This document shows positions 49,207 to 62,330 of a stretch of DNA of 64,000 nt, piece after piece. The stretch is taken from assembly GCF_009914755.1 (NCBI RefSeq), contig NC_060926.1, one strand, 5' to 3'. The stretch comes from the human T2T-CHM13v2.0 reference genome, Homo sapiens. A model generated the notes under the pieces. It did not search any database. It was given only the letters and a program-made list of their open reading frames with translations, and was not told the DNA's origin. Numbering within the stretch: the stretch's first letter is position 1; every line of letters starts with the position of its first letter. Both the position numbers and the translations under genes were made by a program.

Positions 49207-50238
49207 TAGCCTGGATTATCACATGGGAAAATTCTTGGCTCTTGGAAGGGCTCTGTGAAAGGGTTAACATTAGATGGGATATATACTATGTACCTAGCAG
49301 GGTGCTACATATATTATTATATTTAATCCTTACAAATATCATTCCCAGGTCAAACAGGAGGAAACTGAGGCTGAGAGAAGTTAAGTAACTTGGCCAAGGT
49401 AGTCCAACTAAGTAAGTGGTAGAGCCAGGATTCATCCGGTACCCAGGTCTCTGTGGATTTGGCTGTTGAATCAGGTTGCAGATGTGGCGAGTAACAAGCA
49501 GCCGAAGTGTCACTGGCTTTTCTACACAATCCCTTCAGAGGTGCAGTGGAACCATTCACAGGCCTGTAGATGAATCCCCGGGGCTTGCTTGAGGTTTGAT
49601 GGTGATCTCCTTAATGTGGGCCTAGTAGGTACGCACTCACTTTTTAGATTGATTGGCAAATTGTAGGACAGCTTCTGCAATGTTTCTTCCTAGTATTGGA
49701 TGTATTTCTGACTGTGGGCATCTACTACATCCCAAACTGAGAACATTTAAAAAGTGCCTACTCTATCCCTGCCCTGTTCCTCTTCCTGTAGGTCTAGGGG
49801 GAAAACCAAAGAACCCAGTTGAGCTCATACTGACCAGCCTGTCCTGCACCTCAGAGGTCAGTGGCAGTGCTGTGGGTGGGAGACTTTTATACTCAGAGCC
49901 AGGCTGTGCTAGGAAATCAAAACTGCTGTCCCAGACCCCTGAGAACAACCAGATTTTAGTAGTATGGAGTGATGGGTTAGTAGATGGTGTTTTACGCAGT
50001 CACAAAACTCAATTTTCATTTTTTCTTATTGTTTGTGTTTCTATTCTGGACTTTTAAGATTACATGTAGCTGTCCCGGCCCCCAGCACATCTTTTAGGAT
50101 TGATACACAATTTTAATTATTTTTATGACTTTTATAAGCAATGGGGCCTGTGGCAATTCAGGTGGGTTGGAATGAATTTATTATCCTTGCCCACAGGGAT
50201 GAGCACGCTCTTAGGCTGCTGGCAGAAATGGAAATTGG

Positions 50239-50296
50239 TACAGCTCTTCTAGCTGATAGTATGAATCTACAGCTCTTCTAGCTGATAGTATGAATC
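50239..50296 (+). repeat. Perfect 29-bp tandem duplication in an old L1ME-like fragment
   Basis: tacagctcttctagctgatagtatgaatc x2. Confidence 0.95.
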
Positions 50297-51691
50297 AAAT
50301 ACTTTAACATGTTGTATATATCCTTCAACCGAACATCAATTCTAAGAATTTATCCTAAGGAAATATACACAAACCCACAAAGATTTCTCTTTGAGAATAT
50401 TTGTTACAGCGTGATTTTAATAGTACTACCTCCATCCCAACAATAAAGGAAACAACTCAGATAGGAGTCTAGCTCTGTAAATTATGATATGCCTACATAA
50501 TCGAACGATAACAGCCAGTAAAATAATGTCCTAGAAAGTGATTCAAAGTTATGGGAAGATGATCAAGGTAGTTCAATGGAAAAAGTAGGTTATAAGAGCA
50601 TGTATAGTATGATCCCATTTTTTTGTAAAACAAAAACTATACCTGTCTAAAAGCAAAGGACTGAAGAAAACAAAGACCTCAAGCAATGGTGATTATCTTT
50701 GAGTATCAGAGGATTATCTCAGAGTGATGGGCTAGTCATAATTTTCCTTCTCTGCATTTTCTAAGTGCTCTACAAATAAGTATGAATTATTTTGGCATTG
50801 GAACACTTCTCACCTCTTGAAATGTTACTAGAAGGACTGATTTATCACAGGATTCTTTACCTTTAATAGCAGATTCTCATTAATTGGGCGGGGGGTTTTC
50901 CTACCTCTGCAAGATACTCCTGTCATGTTTGGTAGTTAACATCACAAACCTAAGAGTATGAATTCACATTTACCTTGGAAAGGTGCTGGTAGGCAAATTA
51001 ACATTTGTGATGTTCATTTTTTTATGCCAATGTTTATTTTTAAAGTAGGGGTTGTAACCAGTGGATAATTGTTCCAGCGGGAGTTAGAGGTGGTGGCCAC
51101 ATGTACAACTATGACAGTAAAGGCAATTGGTAACAAGCAAGGCCATAGGTGACAGGAAAAAGCATAATGATACAAACACGGAAGATGTCAGTAAATCAAC
51201 ATTTGTGCCCAAAAAGTAACATTTGTTTTCCCAGGACTCTTTCCTCAGCCTTGCAAAAAGAGCTCAATGTGCGATAGCAAGGCGGCGATTACTGGGGCAC
51301 TTGCCAAAGGCCCAGATCCTAATGGTCTTGCTACCAGTGCTGCCAGTGAAGGTTTGTGTTCATGTGGGGTGGAGTTGGCTTGTACAGGGGAGACCGACAC
51401 ACACTTGGCTCCTAGGAGGAAGAGTCTTCACTTGCCCACTTTGCCCTGGTGACCACCTCTACCGGCGAAGGAGAAGGAGAAGCAAAGTGCAGCAGTCATA
51501 GTTCAGAGGCTGTGAGACTGGAACAAGTCCAGAAACCACCAGAAGCCCTGAAACAACCCTGTGGGGAGGGTGAGGGTAGGTTCTGTTGGTTGAAATGGAA
51601 AATCCTAAAAAAGAGGTCCTTGCACTAATTAGTACCTACCCTTCTTTTATTCATTCACCTGGTTTAAAAAAAACAAAAACAAAAACCTGTT

Positions 51692-51988
51692 CTTATTTTA
51701 TTTTTTTGAGACAGGGTCTAGTTCTGTCACCCAGGCTAGAGTGCAGTGGTACGATCGTGGCTCACTGCAGCCTCGACCTCCTGGGCTCAGGTGATTCTCC
51801 CGCCTCAGCCCCCTGAGTAGCTGGGACTACAGGTGCATGCTACCACACCTGGCTAATTTTTGTATTTTCTGGTAGAGATGGTTTTCACCATGTTGCCCAG
51901 GCTGGTCTTGAACTCCTGGGCTCAAGTGATCCTCCCACCTCAGCCTCTGAAAGTGTTGGGATAACAGACATGAGGCACAGCTCTGGCC
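51692..51988 (-). mobile_element. AluJ
   Basis: Antisense dimer. Confidence 0.87.
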
Positions 51989-53440
51989 AAATAACCTGTT
52001 CTTATAAGAAAAGGGGTGCCCCTAATACCCCTGTAAACTCCATTAGCCTTTCTTGGCTTCCCCAGACACTCTACACAAACACAGTCTAAATAAAAACAAT
52101 ATGCCTGCCATGCTAACACAAGTTTAAAACAGGTCTCCCAGCCTTCCCTGTCCAATCAGACTGCAGCCCCTCAGCCCTCACTACAGGGCAGTTCAGGAGC
52201 CATCTGTTGTGGGTTAATGCTGGGGGAGTATTCGAGAGAACAAATCGCTGATTGGGGTGGGACTGTGGAGGTGGAAGTTGATAGATGCATTGCTCCCCAC
52301 CACCTACCCGCCCTCCCCATGTCCAGAAGTTCATATTTAACCAGAAAGCACGAAGCCTGCAGAAAGTGGATTCAGGGCCAAATTTTGGCACAAACTTCAC
52401 CTCACTACCCAATAGTGTGGGTGGACCAGCTAAAATTTGTTCATGAGATTTCCCCTGAGTCTCCTTCCAGAGAGATCCTAGGCTCTAGTGATTTGTACTA
52501 ACATTCCTCTTCCAAACCTCCATTTCATGGGCCCTAAAAAACCTCTGCCTGGACAGGATACCCTGGATGAGGAATATATCTGCCAGTCCTTCTTCAGGCC
52601 ACAGCAAATGAGTAGACTTCTACCCAATTCCTTTTTCTCCTAACTGGCCTGGAAATTTGCAAGGATTTGGAAATTTGCAAATTTCTTCTCTATCTTGCCT
52701 ATGAAGCAATTATTCCTGAGTTTGAAAGTAGTTATCTGTTTGCAGAAACAGTTTCATGTCTTGGGAATCAAATAGCTCAAATTTTTTAATGCAAATCTTA
52801 TGCAAAAATTAGGTAAATTAGAATTCTGGGCCAAGACTTCCAGCATCTCTGCATCATGGCACCTGGAAGGGAAATAATATCTGATCTTTCTTGCTTTAAG
52901 TCAGTAGGTGTATTTGACATTAAGTAAGCCCATCTATGTCTGCTTAATTGGGGATTTACTGTGGTGTCTCATGGCCATACAACTTAATTCTGAATGTCAG
53001 ACATCAGTCCCATGATCAGCTGCCCGCTGGGATATGCACAGTTTTCCCTCTTGTGCCTTTCCAGTTATAAACCTATGTGTGGGTTGTGGAGTTGGGTGTA
53101 CATAAATGATTGGCATTAGATGAGCAAAGCCTTTCAAGCATTGTAAGTAAATGGGAAACATGAAGACCCACAAGCCACCCTCCCCAGCTTCATGTCAGGC
53201 CTCTCTCCCCATTTTTGTCCTGGGCCAGCCAACTGGCCTTGATTCCCTTCTTAAAACTCTGGCTTCTCCCTCCCACTCTAGGGTCTGTGTAGGTACCACA
53301 GATCCCTGTCAGTCAAGGCCTGCCTCTTTCCTGCCCTCCATTCTTCAACTCTCAGCTCAAATGCCACTTCCTCAAGAAATCCTTTCCTGACCACCTCTTC
53401 CCATTATAGGTCAGGTATTGAGGCTATCTTAACCCTTAAA

Positions 53441-54107
53441 ATAAGGTCAACTTGAGGATTTGTCCTTACTGTGATTTAGGTACTTAATTATCTCTCTGCC
53501 TCTGCTCCATCTCAGGGGAACCAAAATGTTATACCTGGGCTGCTATAACAAAATACCTTAACTGAGTGATTGCCAATTAATAGAAATGTATTTCTCACAG
53601 CTCTGGAGCCTGGGAAAACCAAGACCAAGGTGCCAGCAGCTTAGGTGTTGGGCAAGGGGTCTCTGCTTCACAGATGGCACCTTCTCACTGTGTCTGCACA
53701 GGGCAGAAAGAGCAAAAGGGCTCTCTCAAGCCTCCTTTATAACCTAATTACCTCCCAAAGTTCCCATTTTCTAATACTATCACTTTGGTGATTAGGTTTC
53801 AACATAAATTTGAATTTTGGAGAGATACAAACAGTCAGACCATAGGATTCTTTTCTTCACAGTTGTACTTAGACATCTGTGTGATAATTTGATGAACATC
53901 TGACTCCTCTACCTGAGCTGCCAGAAGACAGTCTTGTCCTGTGTCTCCCAAAGCCAACCACTTACTAGCACATAGTAGTTGCTCAATAAATGTATTTGCT
54001 CATCTCCAGATATATATTTCAACATAAGATCAACTTGAGGATTTGTCCTTACTGTGATTTAAGTACTTAATTCTCTCTCTTCCTCTGCTCCATCTCAAGG
54101 GAACCAA
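53441..54107 (+). repeat. Paired 84-bp direct duplication (53441-53524 and 54024-54107)
   Basis: 79/84 identical, no indels. Confidence 0.93.
53536..53844. mobile_element. MLT1A-type LTR lacking one terminus
   Basis: gggctgctataacaaaatacctta...tttctcacagctctggag...aaacagtcagaccatag. Confidence 0.8.
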
Positions 54108-54270
54108 GAGAGCTTCCTAACTAATAAGACTGGGTGAGCTTCAGAAATGCTGCAAACAAGTGTATTTTCTACCCAAGCTTCACCCTCCAGAATCACCTCT
54201 TTAGAATTCTGTGCTTTTCCCCCTCCAGATTTCTGTGCTTGCCACCCTTGGAGTCCAGAGCCTTGAACAT

Positions 54271-54531
54271 GTTTTTTGTTTGTTTGTTTGAGACAGAGTC
54301 TTGTTCTGTTGCCCAGGCTGGAGTGCTGTGGTGCAATATTAGCTCACTGCAGCCTCTACCTCCCAGGTGCAAGTGATTGTCATGCCTCAGCCTCCTGAGT
54401 AGCTGGGATTACAGGTGCATGCCACCACGCCCAGCTAATTTTTATGTTTTTAGTAGAGACAGGGTTTCGCCATGTTGGCCAGTCTGGTCCCAAACTCCTG
54501 GCCTCAAGTGATCTGCCTACCTCAGCCTCTC
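54271..54531 (-). mobile_element. AluS, 5' end missing
   Basis: Antisense dimer about 390 bp upstream of the exon. Confidence 0.85.
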
Positions 54532-54919
54532 AGAGTTCGATCGTATTTTGAATCAGGCCTTTCTACTTGGTTGGGGCTGCAGTGTTCCTCCAAAAAGAAT
54601 CCTTGATTATATATTTCTGTTTATAATTATATTTCTGTGTCTTTTATGTGTACATGGTGCCCAGACACACGGTGGAGGGCAAGGGAGCTGAGTGATAGAA
54701 TGAGGAGATTTTTCCCCTTCAACTTAGTAACAGGACAGTCAGTAAGAGTTTAGTATGGGGGTTACTTTTCCAGTTGCCATCAACTTTAGCAATTCCAGGA
54801 AAATTCTACTTAAAATCTAAGTCTAGCCATCTCCTTTTCTTTACTTTTTGTTTTTATCCCTTTGTTTTTCAGAAGGGAGGCTGCTGGAGAAACTCTATTT
54901 TTCTCTCCCACTTTTCCAG

Positions 54920-55059
54920 GCTGGGCAGGGTTCCTGAAGCTGAAGACCTGGCCTCCCAGATGCTAAAAGGCTTTCCCAGAGACCGCGTCTCCGCCCAGGA
55001 AGCACTTGTTCATGATTATTTCAGCGCCCTGCCATCTCAGCTGTACCAGCTTCCTGATG
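54920..55059 (+). CDS. CDK15: CDK15 coding exon (140 nt, phase 2 to 1): (R)LGRVPEAEDLASQMLKGFPRDRVSAQEALVHDYFSALPSQLYQLPD; subdomain XI
   Basis: ttctctcccacttttccAG acceptor; G|GTGAGC donor; R-SA-EAL-H-YF CDK motif. Confidence 0.95.
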
Positions 55060-55071
55060 GTGAGCGAGGGA

Positions 55072-55117
55072 GTGTGTGCGTGTGCGTGAGTGCATGTGCG
55101 TGAGTGCGTGTGTGTGT
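55072..55117 (+). repeat. Interrupted (TG/CG)n repeat just downstream of the exon donor
   Basis: gtgtgtgcgtgtgcgtgagtgcatgtgcgtgagtgcgtgtgtgtgt. Confidence 0.9.
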
Positions 55118-55810
55118 AAGTCTTGGTGTCTTAAGTAGTTTGCCTCAGCACCGGAGAATCATAGCATTTACCCCCAGGAGTGAAGTTAGAGATCAGTTTG
55201 CCTGGGAGAAGCAAGATAGGACCTAATCTTGTCTGAGTTTTGCATGAGCTTCTCTCAAACTCTGAAGCACTGGTGGGGAGAGGTTACAAGGACCTCTTTG
55301 TAATGGTCCAGACATTTCACAGGTACACATTTACACTCAGAAATTGGATGAGATGGACGTTGTCTCTGAGTTGTTTGCCTTAGCTACCATCTGCCAGGAA
55401 GCCACACCAGTGTTTCTAACAAGACTCTTCTCCCTTTCTGCGGAGAGTAAGATGATAGGTGAAGCGGATATGTCCTGAGAGGGAGCTGGGCCTTTCTTGA
55501 TTGGTAATAGCAAGCTGCAGAAGGCAGTGCCGGGGTGGGGTGCTGGGGGAAGGGAGGTCTCCTCCGAGGCTGCCCACCTCCTGTAAACACAAGTTACCTT
55601 GGAATCAGCCTTTGCTGCCTGGGCCTGAAGTCATCTTCCAAACCTGAAATCTGCTGAGGGATCATGTGGTTGGAACTCCCGTCATGTTTCTTGGACTGTG
55701 GCCAGGAAGGGCTACAGGAGGATGTGGGCAGTGGTCATGGGGGACTATCCTTAGGTGAGGTTTCTTTGAAAAAAATCCACCATTCAACTAAAAATAGTTT
55801 TAGGAACAAG

Positions 55811-57714
55811 GGACAAGTAGACAAGAAAAGCAAAGCTACCAGGAAGGAAAAACAGAAGAGAGAGAAGCAGCCAGGGTTGGTTTTAGAAGTCCTAAGCCAG
55901 AGAAAAGAAAGCTTAGGAGGGAGGGCCTAAGGGCTGGAACTGCGATGAGGACACTGGAAGGGGCGTGGGGGAGTGGCGATGGGGTGCAGTGAGATAAGGA
56001 TGGGGACAGGGTGAGGAGCTACTGCCCAAGAGGTGTGGAAACAGCCTGGTCCGCCTTGCCAGAGTTTGCAGACGCAGCTCCTCTGTGTCTAGGACATCGT
56101 CCTGCAGCAGTCCAAAGCGCTTAGTTTGGGACTTGCTGAGGCATTCTGTTTTATGACTAAAGTGAGTCATTTAGGATCTCCAAAAATAACCATAATCATA
56201 CAACTGGGGTTAATGTCTTACTTAACCCTGTAGAAAGAGTCAGTCATTAGTATTTATTAAATTGCCATTAAGTGTCAAGAACATATTGAGTGCTATAAAA
56301 AGTTGAGGAAAACAAGAGACTTGTCCTTGGCCTCCAGGTTCTTATGAAGTGGGAGGAAAAGAGGGTGAGGAAGAGGAAACGGGGCACCCTCGCACACATA
56401 TCAGCACACATCATATCTAAACAGCAAAAAATCTGTGCATAATCAACTGCAGATGTGCAGAGACTATGTGTGTGTTGAAGGCAATTATTTGGAGGAACAA
56501 GAATTCAAATGAGATGGATTAGACTGGAGGTGAATCTAAAGTGGAATTTGGAAGGAGGAGAGAGGCATATGGGTGGAACAAAAGACATTGCAGGCAGATC
56601 CACAGTTCTCACTCCTTTCCTGGTACCTCTGCCCCCACTTCAGCCCCATTCCTCCCCGGCCACTCCCATCCCAATCCCCTCTTCCCAGTCCAAGCCCCTA
56701 GATTGTTCCTTTTCAGCTTTCTCCTGTCAGACTTGGGACTTATAACTCTATTACTTCATGCAAGTGTACACGCTTGGATGTACATACACACGCACACACA
56801 CACACACTCCCTTCTCTCCACTTAAAGAAACTTTCCCCATTGGCCCTCCTTTAGGATCTGTTATTCCACATGCTGACAATTGCTGGGGATCTTCAGAGTT
56901 TTCTAGGCTCCAGCTTTTGCTTGACGCAAGATGATTAGGAAGAAACAATCACTGTCCAAACTGATGTGTTGTTAGAAACTTGGGTTTTGATTTTTCCTGG
57001 CTGACCCAAAAGCAAAGCCACCAACAGAGGGGCCGTGGTGCATGGGTATCTAAGGTTGTGTGTGTATGTGTGTATATGTGTGTGTGCGTATGTGTGTGTG
57101 TGTGTGTGAGAGAGAGACAGAGAGAACAATCTGTATTCCTTCCCTGTTCGCCCAGTCACAGAGCCCAAATCTACTTTGACACTTTTAGAAAAATGAAAAG
57201 ATGGAATCTTGTAGGAGGCTGCCTGCACTAGCGGGGGAAACCAGGAGTGCTCACAGCAGGAGGGAAGTTGACTTTTCTTTATACATATAGGGGTTTTTCC
57301 ATGCAGAGTTTAAATTATGCCTGATAAAAGGAGTTTCGTGGATGTTTCAGTTCTTTCAAATTCTCCTGGCTTCCTCCCAATTAAATGAGGTTTGTCAAAG
57401 CCACAGGGCTCTGCTGCTGCTGCCTCGGCGGACAAGCATTTCCTGCAGCGACATCTCGAATCCCCGAGGGAGAAGATGAAAGCGCCGGTGCCAAGAGACA
57501 GGGAAAGGCGGGGGCAAGATTGGGTGTGTGTGCTTCTGTGTGTGTGTGCTCGTGCACATGAGTGCACGAGCATGTGTGTGTGCTTGTGTATGTGTGTGAC
57601 AGGGTGGTGGGTGTGCAGAAATATGTATATAGACAGATGGACAAGTAGATAGAAAAAGCAAAGCTACCAGGAAAGAAAAATAGAGGAAGAGACAGAAGCA
57701 GCCAGGGCTGGTTT
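55811..57714 (+). repeat. Paired 73/76-bp direct duplication (55811-55883 and 57639-57714)
   Basis: 7 substitutions and one 3-nt indel. Confidence 0.9.
57057..57125 (+). repeat. Compound (TG)n(AG)n microsatellite
   Basis: Directly visible. Confidence 0.92.
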
Positions 57715-60700
57715 GTGCACCTTCGTGACAGTGGCTCTCACCACCAGCACATTATCTACTAAGAGATGCGGTCCTTGGCCTGGCAGTGCCAGCCTGCTTT
57801 TTCATTGCCCCTGGCAATGAGCCTTTATTAACAGCCTCCTTTGCAGACAGAGCACACCAGTGGGTAATCACAGTTCCCAATCTGCAGGGACATAGAAACT
57901 CCATCCCTGAGGAGGGCTGCCCCAGGCATGAGAATTGTGCAAAAATCGGCATGCTCTTGTGAGTGATTTGTAAGGAGAGTTTCTCTGCCATAATTATGCA
58001 AGAAATTTTGCTCTCTGGTGGCATTTCAGTATAAAATTATTTAGGGGCTTATATTTATATCATTTTATTATTCTGGTTTTATTCTGGTTGCAGGATAACA
58101 GAGTTGTCACTTTAAAATATATTCTGTTTCCCCTTTGATCTGGAAGATGCCAGCTCTTATTGTCTGCCCTCTAAAGAAGACAATTAAAGCATAAAGCCTG
58201 GGACTGGGAAATACGTGGAGAGTGGAAGGACAGCCTAAATCCCAGTGTAGGAGCGGCATAGAAATTCCACACAAAATGAAAGAATTGTTCCAGTCCATCT
58301 CTATTTTCATGACGCTGAGAAGTCCCGAACAATGCTTTCCCTAGGTTGTGGCAGTACGCTTAGAGCCAAAGGGCATTTATCAGGGGGTTATTTGCCATGA
58401 AAACCAGGAATTCCAGGATTAGTTTCCTTTTGGACAGCACCTGAAGTGGAAAAGTGTGAATATTAGAATGGCAAGCATGTGGGAACTTCTGCCAAGTTCT
58501 GACATTTTCCCTTATTGACTCGTGAACACCTGAAGAAACACTTGTTGAAGGAGAAATTATTGGTAGTCCCTCTCAAAACACAGCCAACAGCAAGCTAATT
58601 GCTTTTGCAGATGGCCAGGGAGTCGCTCTTCCCACTCAGACACCGGCTTATGGCCACACTTGTGGTCCTCGTGGCTGAGCCAGCAGGGCAGGACGTCAGC
58701 TGGAGCAGCTAGGACCTAAAATTAGGCCCTTGGCAACTCTCTAATCTTAGCTGCAGGTTCAGCTTCTTCATTTAATTCTCTTTGCCCTCAGCATGAACTT
58801 GGGCTCTGGGAAAGGAACACTGTTTAATGATTTGGGGGTGGGGGTAGTAGGAAATCATTAAGCTGCCCCTTCTTAAAACTGGCTCCGCTCTGTTCTTTCA
58901 GGAAACCTTCCAAATGTTACCCTTGGAAATTTAAGACTGATTTTGGAACCTAGCCATTTTGAACTACAGACACTGATCCAGAAAAGTATTTTTTATCTGA
59001 GGCAGTAAATGACACGTGATTTAAGAGTCTGGTCTTTAAGCCATGGTCCTTGATCGTCAGGACATCAAAGGCTGTCTCTCTTTCTCTCTCTCTCTCTGGG
59101 TTGGTCCCATTTTGCTTGCTAGCCAAGTCTCATACTTGAGTCTCCCATTCCTTCCTGGACTAAATCCCCTTCTCCTTTAAAACAGGTTTTAGCATCTTAG
59201 GGGGAGAAAATCTAAAAAGCTTGCAATTGTTTCACAAGTAATTTTGCAAAAATGCTGTACCACAGCCCCCATTGTTAGAGTATACTTATATACACATAGG
59301 GATGGAAGAAAGCATGGCATTTACCTCTACCTTTGATCACACCATCCCGATATCTATACTCCGAAAGTTCTTCAGCATGCCTCATTGCCCTGTTAAAATC
59401 TGAGTCGTGTTTTGTTTTGGTTCAATAAAATAACTTCAGGCCTTCTTTGAGTGTTATCTCCTTAATATATTGGAAGGTCCCTATGATATCACTTCCCAAA
59501 GGCCACTTTAGGCTGAATTCCTTTAACCTTTGTTTCCAAATACAAATTCTGTTTCTCCCACTTTTTAGTCATTTTGTTTTATTGTTCTCTTCTGAATCTG
59601 TTCCAATTATTTTGCTTATCTCTGAGAATATGGAGGCAGCATAGACTCAAATTTCTTGCATGGTGGGAGAATCATGTTCCATTCATTCATTGGAGGTTTA
59701 CTGAGTGTCCATGAGGTGTGATATTAAAGGATACAAAAATGAATTAGTCATAGACCCTGTCCTCAAAGAGCTTACGGTCCTTTAGGAAATAAGACAAGTA
59801 TATAAACAGCTGCAGATCAAGTATACAAATAAAGTGCTCTAAGTGTTTGAAGGAGGTGAGATTAACTCCAGCTGTGGGGATCCAGGATGATTTTGTGAGT
59901 GGGCCTTGAAAGATGATGGGTCTGGATGATTGGAGAGGAAGGGCATACGGGCAAAGGAATGTCGTGTTCCTCTCAATACCATCTAAGATCATTCTGAAGT
60001 TGTCTTCTTTTTAATCATAGTGGCTCAGTCTTAACTCATATACCATTGTAGTTTTTCTTACCATCGTATGCCTTTTTGCAACAATTTAAACATTCTTTAA
60101 CATGTACTAATCAAGCTTAGTTTCACTCTGAATGCTTCCACGTAATTTCAAACCTATTCTGTTTATTGGTTTTTTTGTGTATTCTATTCAAAGTTGAACC
60201 AGAATATTTTGTCATTCTATGAGGCCAGGTTTCAGGGGCTGGGGATGTTGGAAAAGAGGGAGGGAAGATTCTCAGCCATCCTCTTGACTCTGTGCTACTT
60301 CTAGGAGTTTGTAACGTAACTCAGACCAATCTGTCCACCTTTTAAATCCTCCATTAATCAGCCCTTAAGAAGCGAATTTGGAGATGTCCTCCATAACACA
60401 CTTCCTCACCTTCTATGCACAAAGTTGTTCTCCATCCATTTCAATATGTTAGAGGAGATACTGGGTTGAGACGTGGTTTATGGGGTTGCATAGCATTGTG
60501 TTGCTGGGAGAAGTCTGGGAAAACCAAGTCCCTCAGCCCTACCAAGCCCTTAAGTTGGTTAAATTTGTTACGTTCATGGCTGAGTCTCCAAGTAAAGATA
60601 AATAATTCAGAAAAGAGTTATTTATAAAGGATCTTAAAGATTACTTATTCCATACCTTCATTATATAGCTGAGTCACTGATGCCCAGGGAAGAATAATCG

Positions 60701-61218
60701 TACCTGCCTTTTATTGGACATCTATATGCTTTATATAAATTATCAATCTATGTACTAATTGGTGAGGCTGGAATTGTTATCCTCATATTACAGATTAGAC
60801 AGCTGGAAGTCAGGTAGGCTAATTGCTTGAAGTCACACAGCTAGAAAGTTGTAGAGCCAAGATTTTACTTCAAATCTGACTCCTAAAAGCTACTCCTTTC
60901 CTACTATTCATTGTTCTTGCTAAAGATCACATAGGAACTTAGCTGCAAAATCAAGATTAGAACCAAGATCTTGATGCCCAGTTCTGTGCTCCTCCCACTC
61001 TCTCATGTACTGTGTTTATTTTAAAGCTTTTCTGGGAAAGATTCCACACATCTCCAGGTAGCGTGTTTAATATCTCACAATTAAGAGGGCTCAATTTATG
61101 TTGAATAGAGATTTACACCCCAGGACCAACTTCTTCCTCAATGCCATCTTACTTTATTTTCTTTTCTTTTCTTTTCTTTTCTTGTAATAATATATGCAAT
61201 CAGCCTTGGGTTTTAAGA

Positions 61219-61516
<298 letters not shown>

Positions 61517-61569
61517 AGATTTCTTAATCGATGGTGATAAATGTTTTTGTTTCACCTGTGACTCATTCA

Positions 61570-62330
61570 GTTTTATAAGAAAACATCAAGGAATCCAGTG
61601 GAAAATGAGTTGAAGGCATAAAATAGCAATTTATGCAAGAGGAAACAAAAAGAGCACAGCAACACATGGAATAAATTGACTGCTTTACTAGGGATTAAAA
61701 AAATACAAATTACCGTTAAATTAGTTGTTTTTTCCTGTAACCTAATAGCTCCCAGTGTTGATGAGATTGTGGTAAAATGATTCTCTGCTGATGGTATTGA
61801 AACTTTTGCAAAGTGTTATAGCATGCATATCGGGAGCCATAAAAATGATCATACCCTTATACCCTATACCTTTGTTCCTGGAAATTATCCAAAGAAATAA
61901 TTGAATAGGGGGGAAAACCCTAAAACCTAGATTAATGAAAATGTTCATTGCAGTGTTGTCTATAATGTTTTACAATTTTTTAAATAAAAAGAAGCAATGT
62001 CACTGTTAAACACCAGAGAAACAATTGGACAAATGTTGGTATATTGACTCAACATACAGTACTATGTAACCATTTTAAATGATCATTAATAGAATTGTGT
62101 GATATTATGAAAGTTCTTATGCTGTAACATGAGCTATAAGAAACTAGAATACAAAATTGCATATTATAAAGTATCTCTGAAAATTAATATGCACATGAAC
62201 AAAACTGAAAGGTAGTGTACAAAATAAAAATGCTATTCTAGTTTAGGGGGGTTGTAGGTCATTTCTTTTCCTTTCTCAGAGCTTTCTTTAAACTGGTGTT
62301 ATATTGTCTTAGTTGTTTAAAAGAATAAGT
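61570..62330 (+). mobile_element. Old L1ME-like fragment
   Basis: Degenerate ORF2-end and 3'UTR motifs (ggaaattatccaaagaaataat, aatgttcattgcagtgttgt). Confidence 0.55.
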
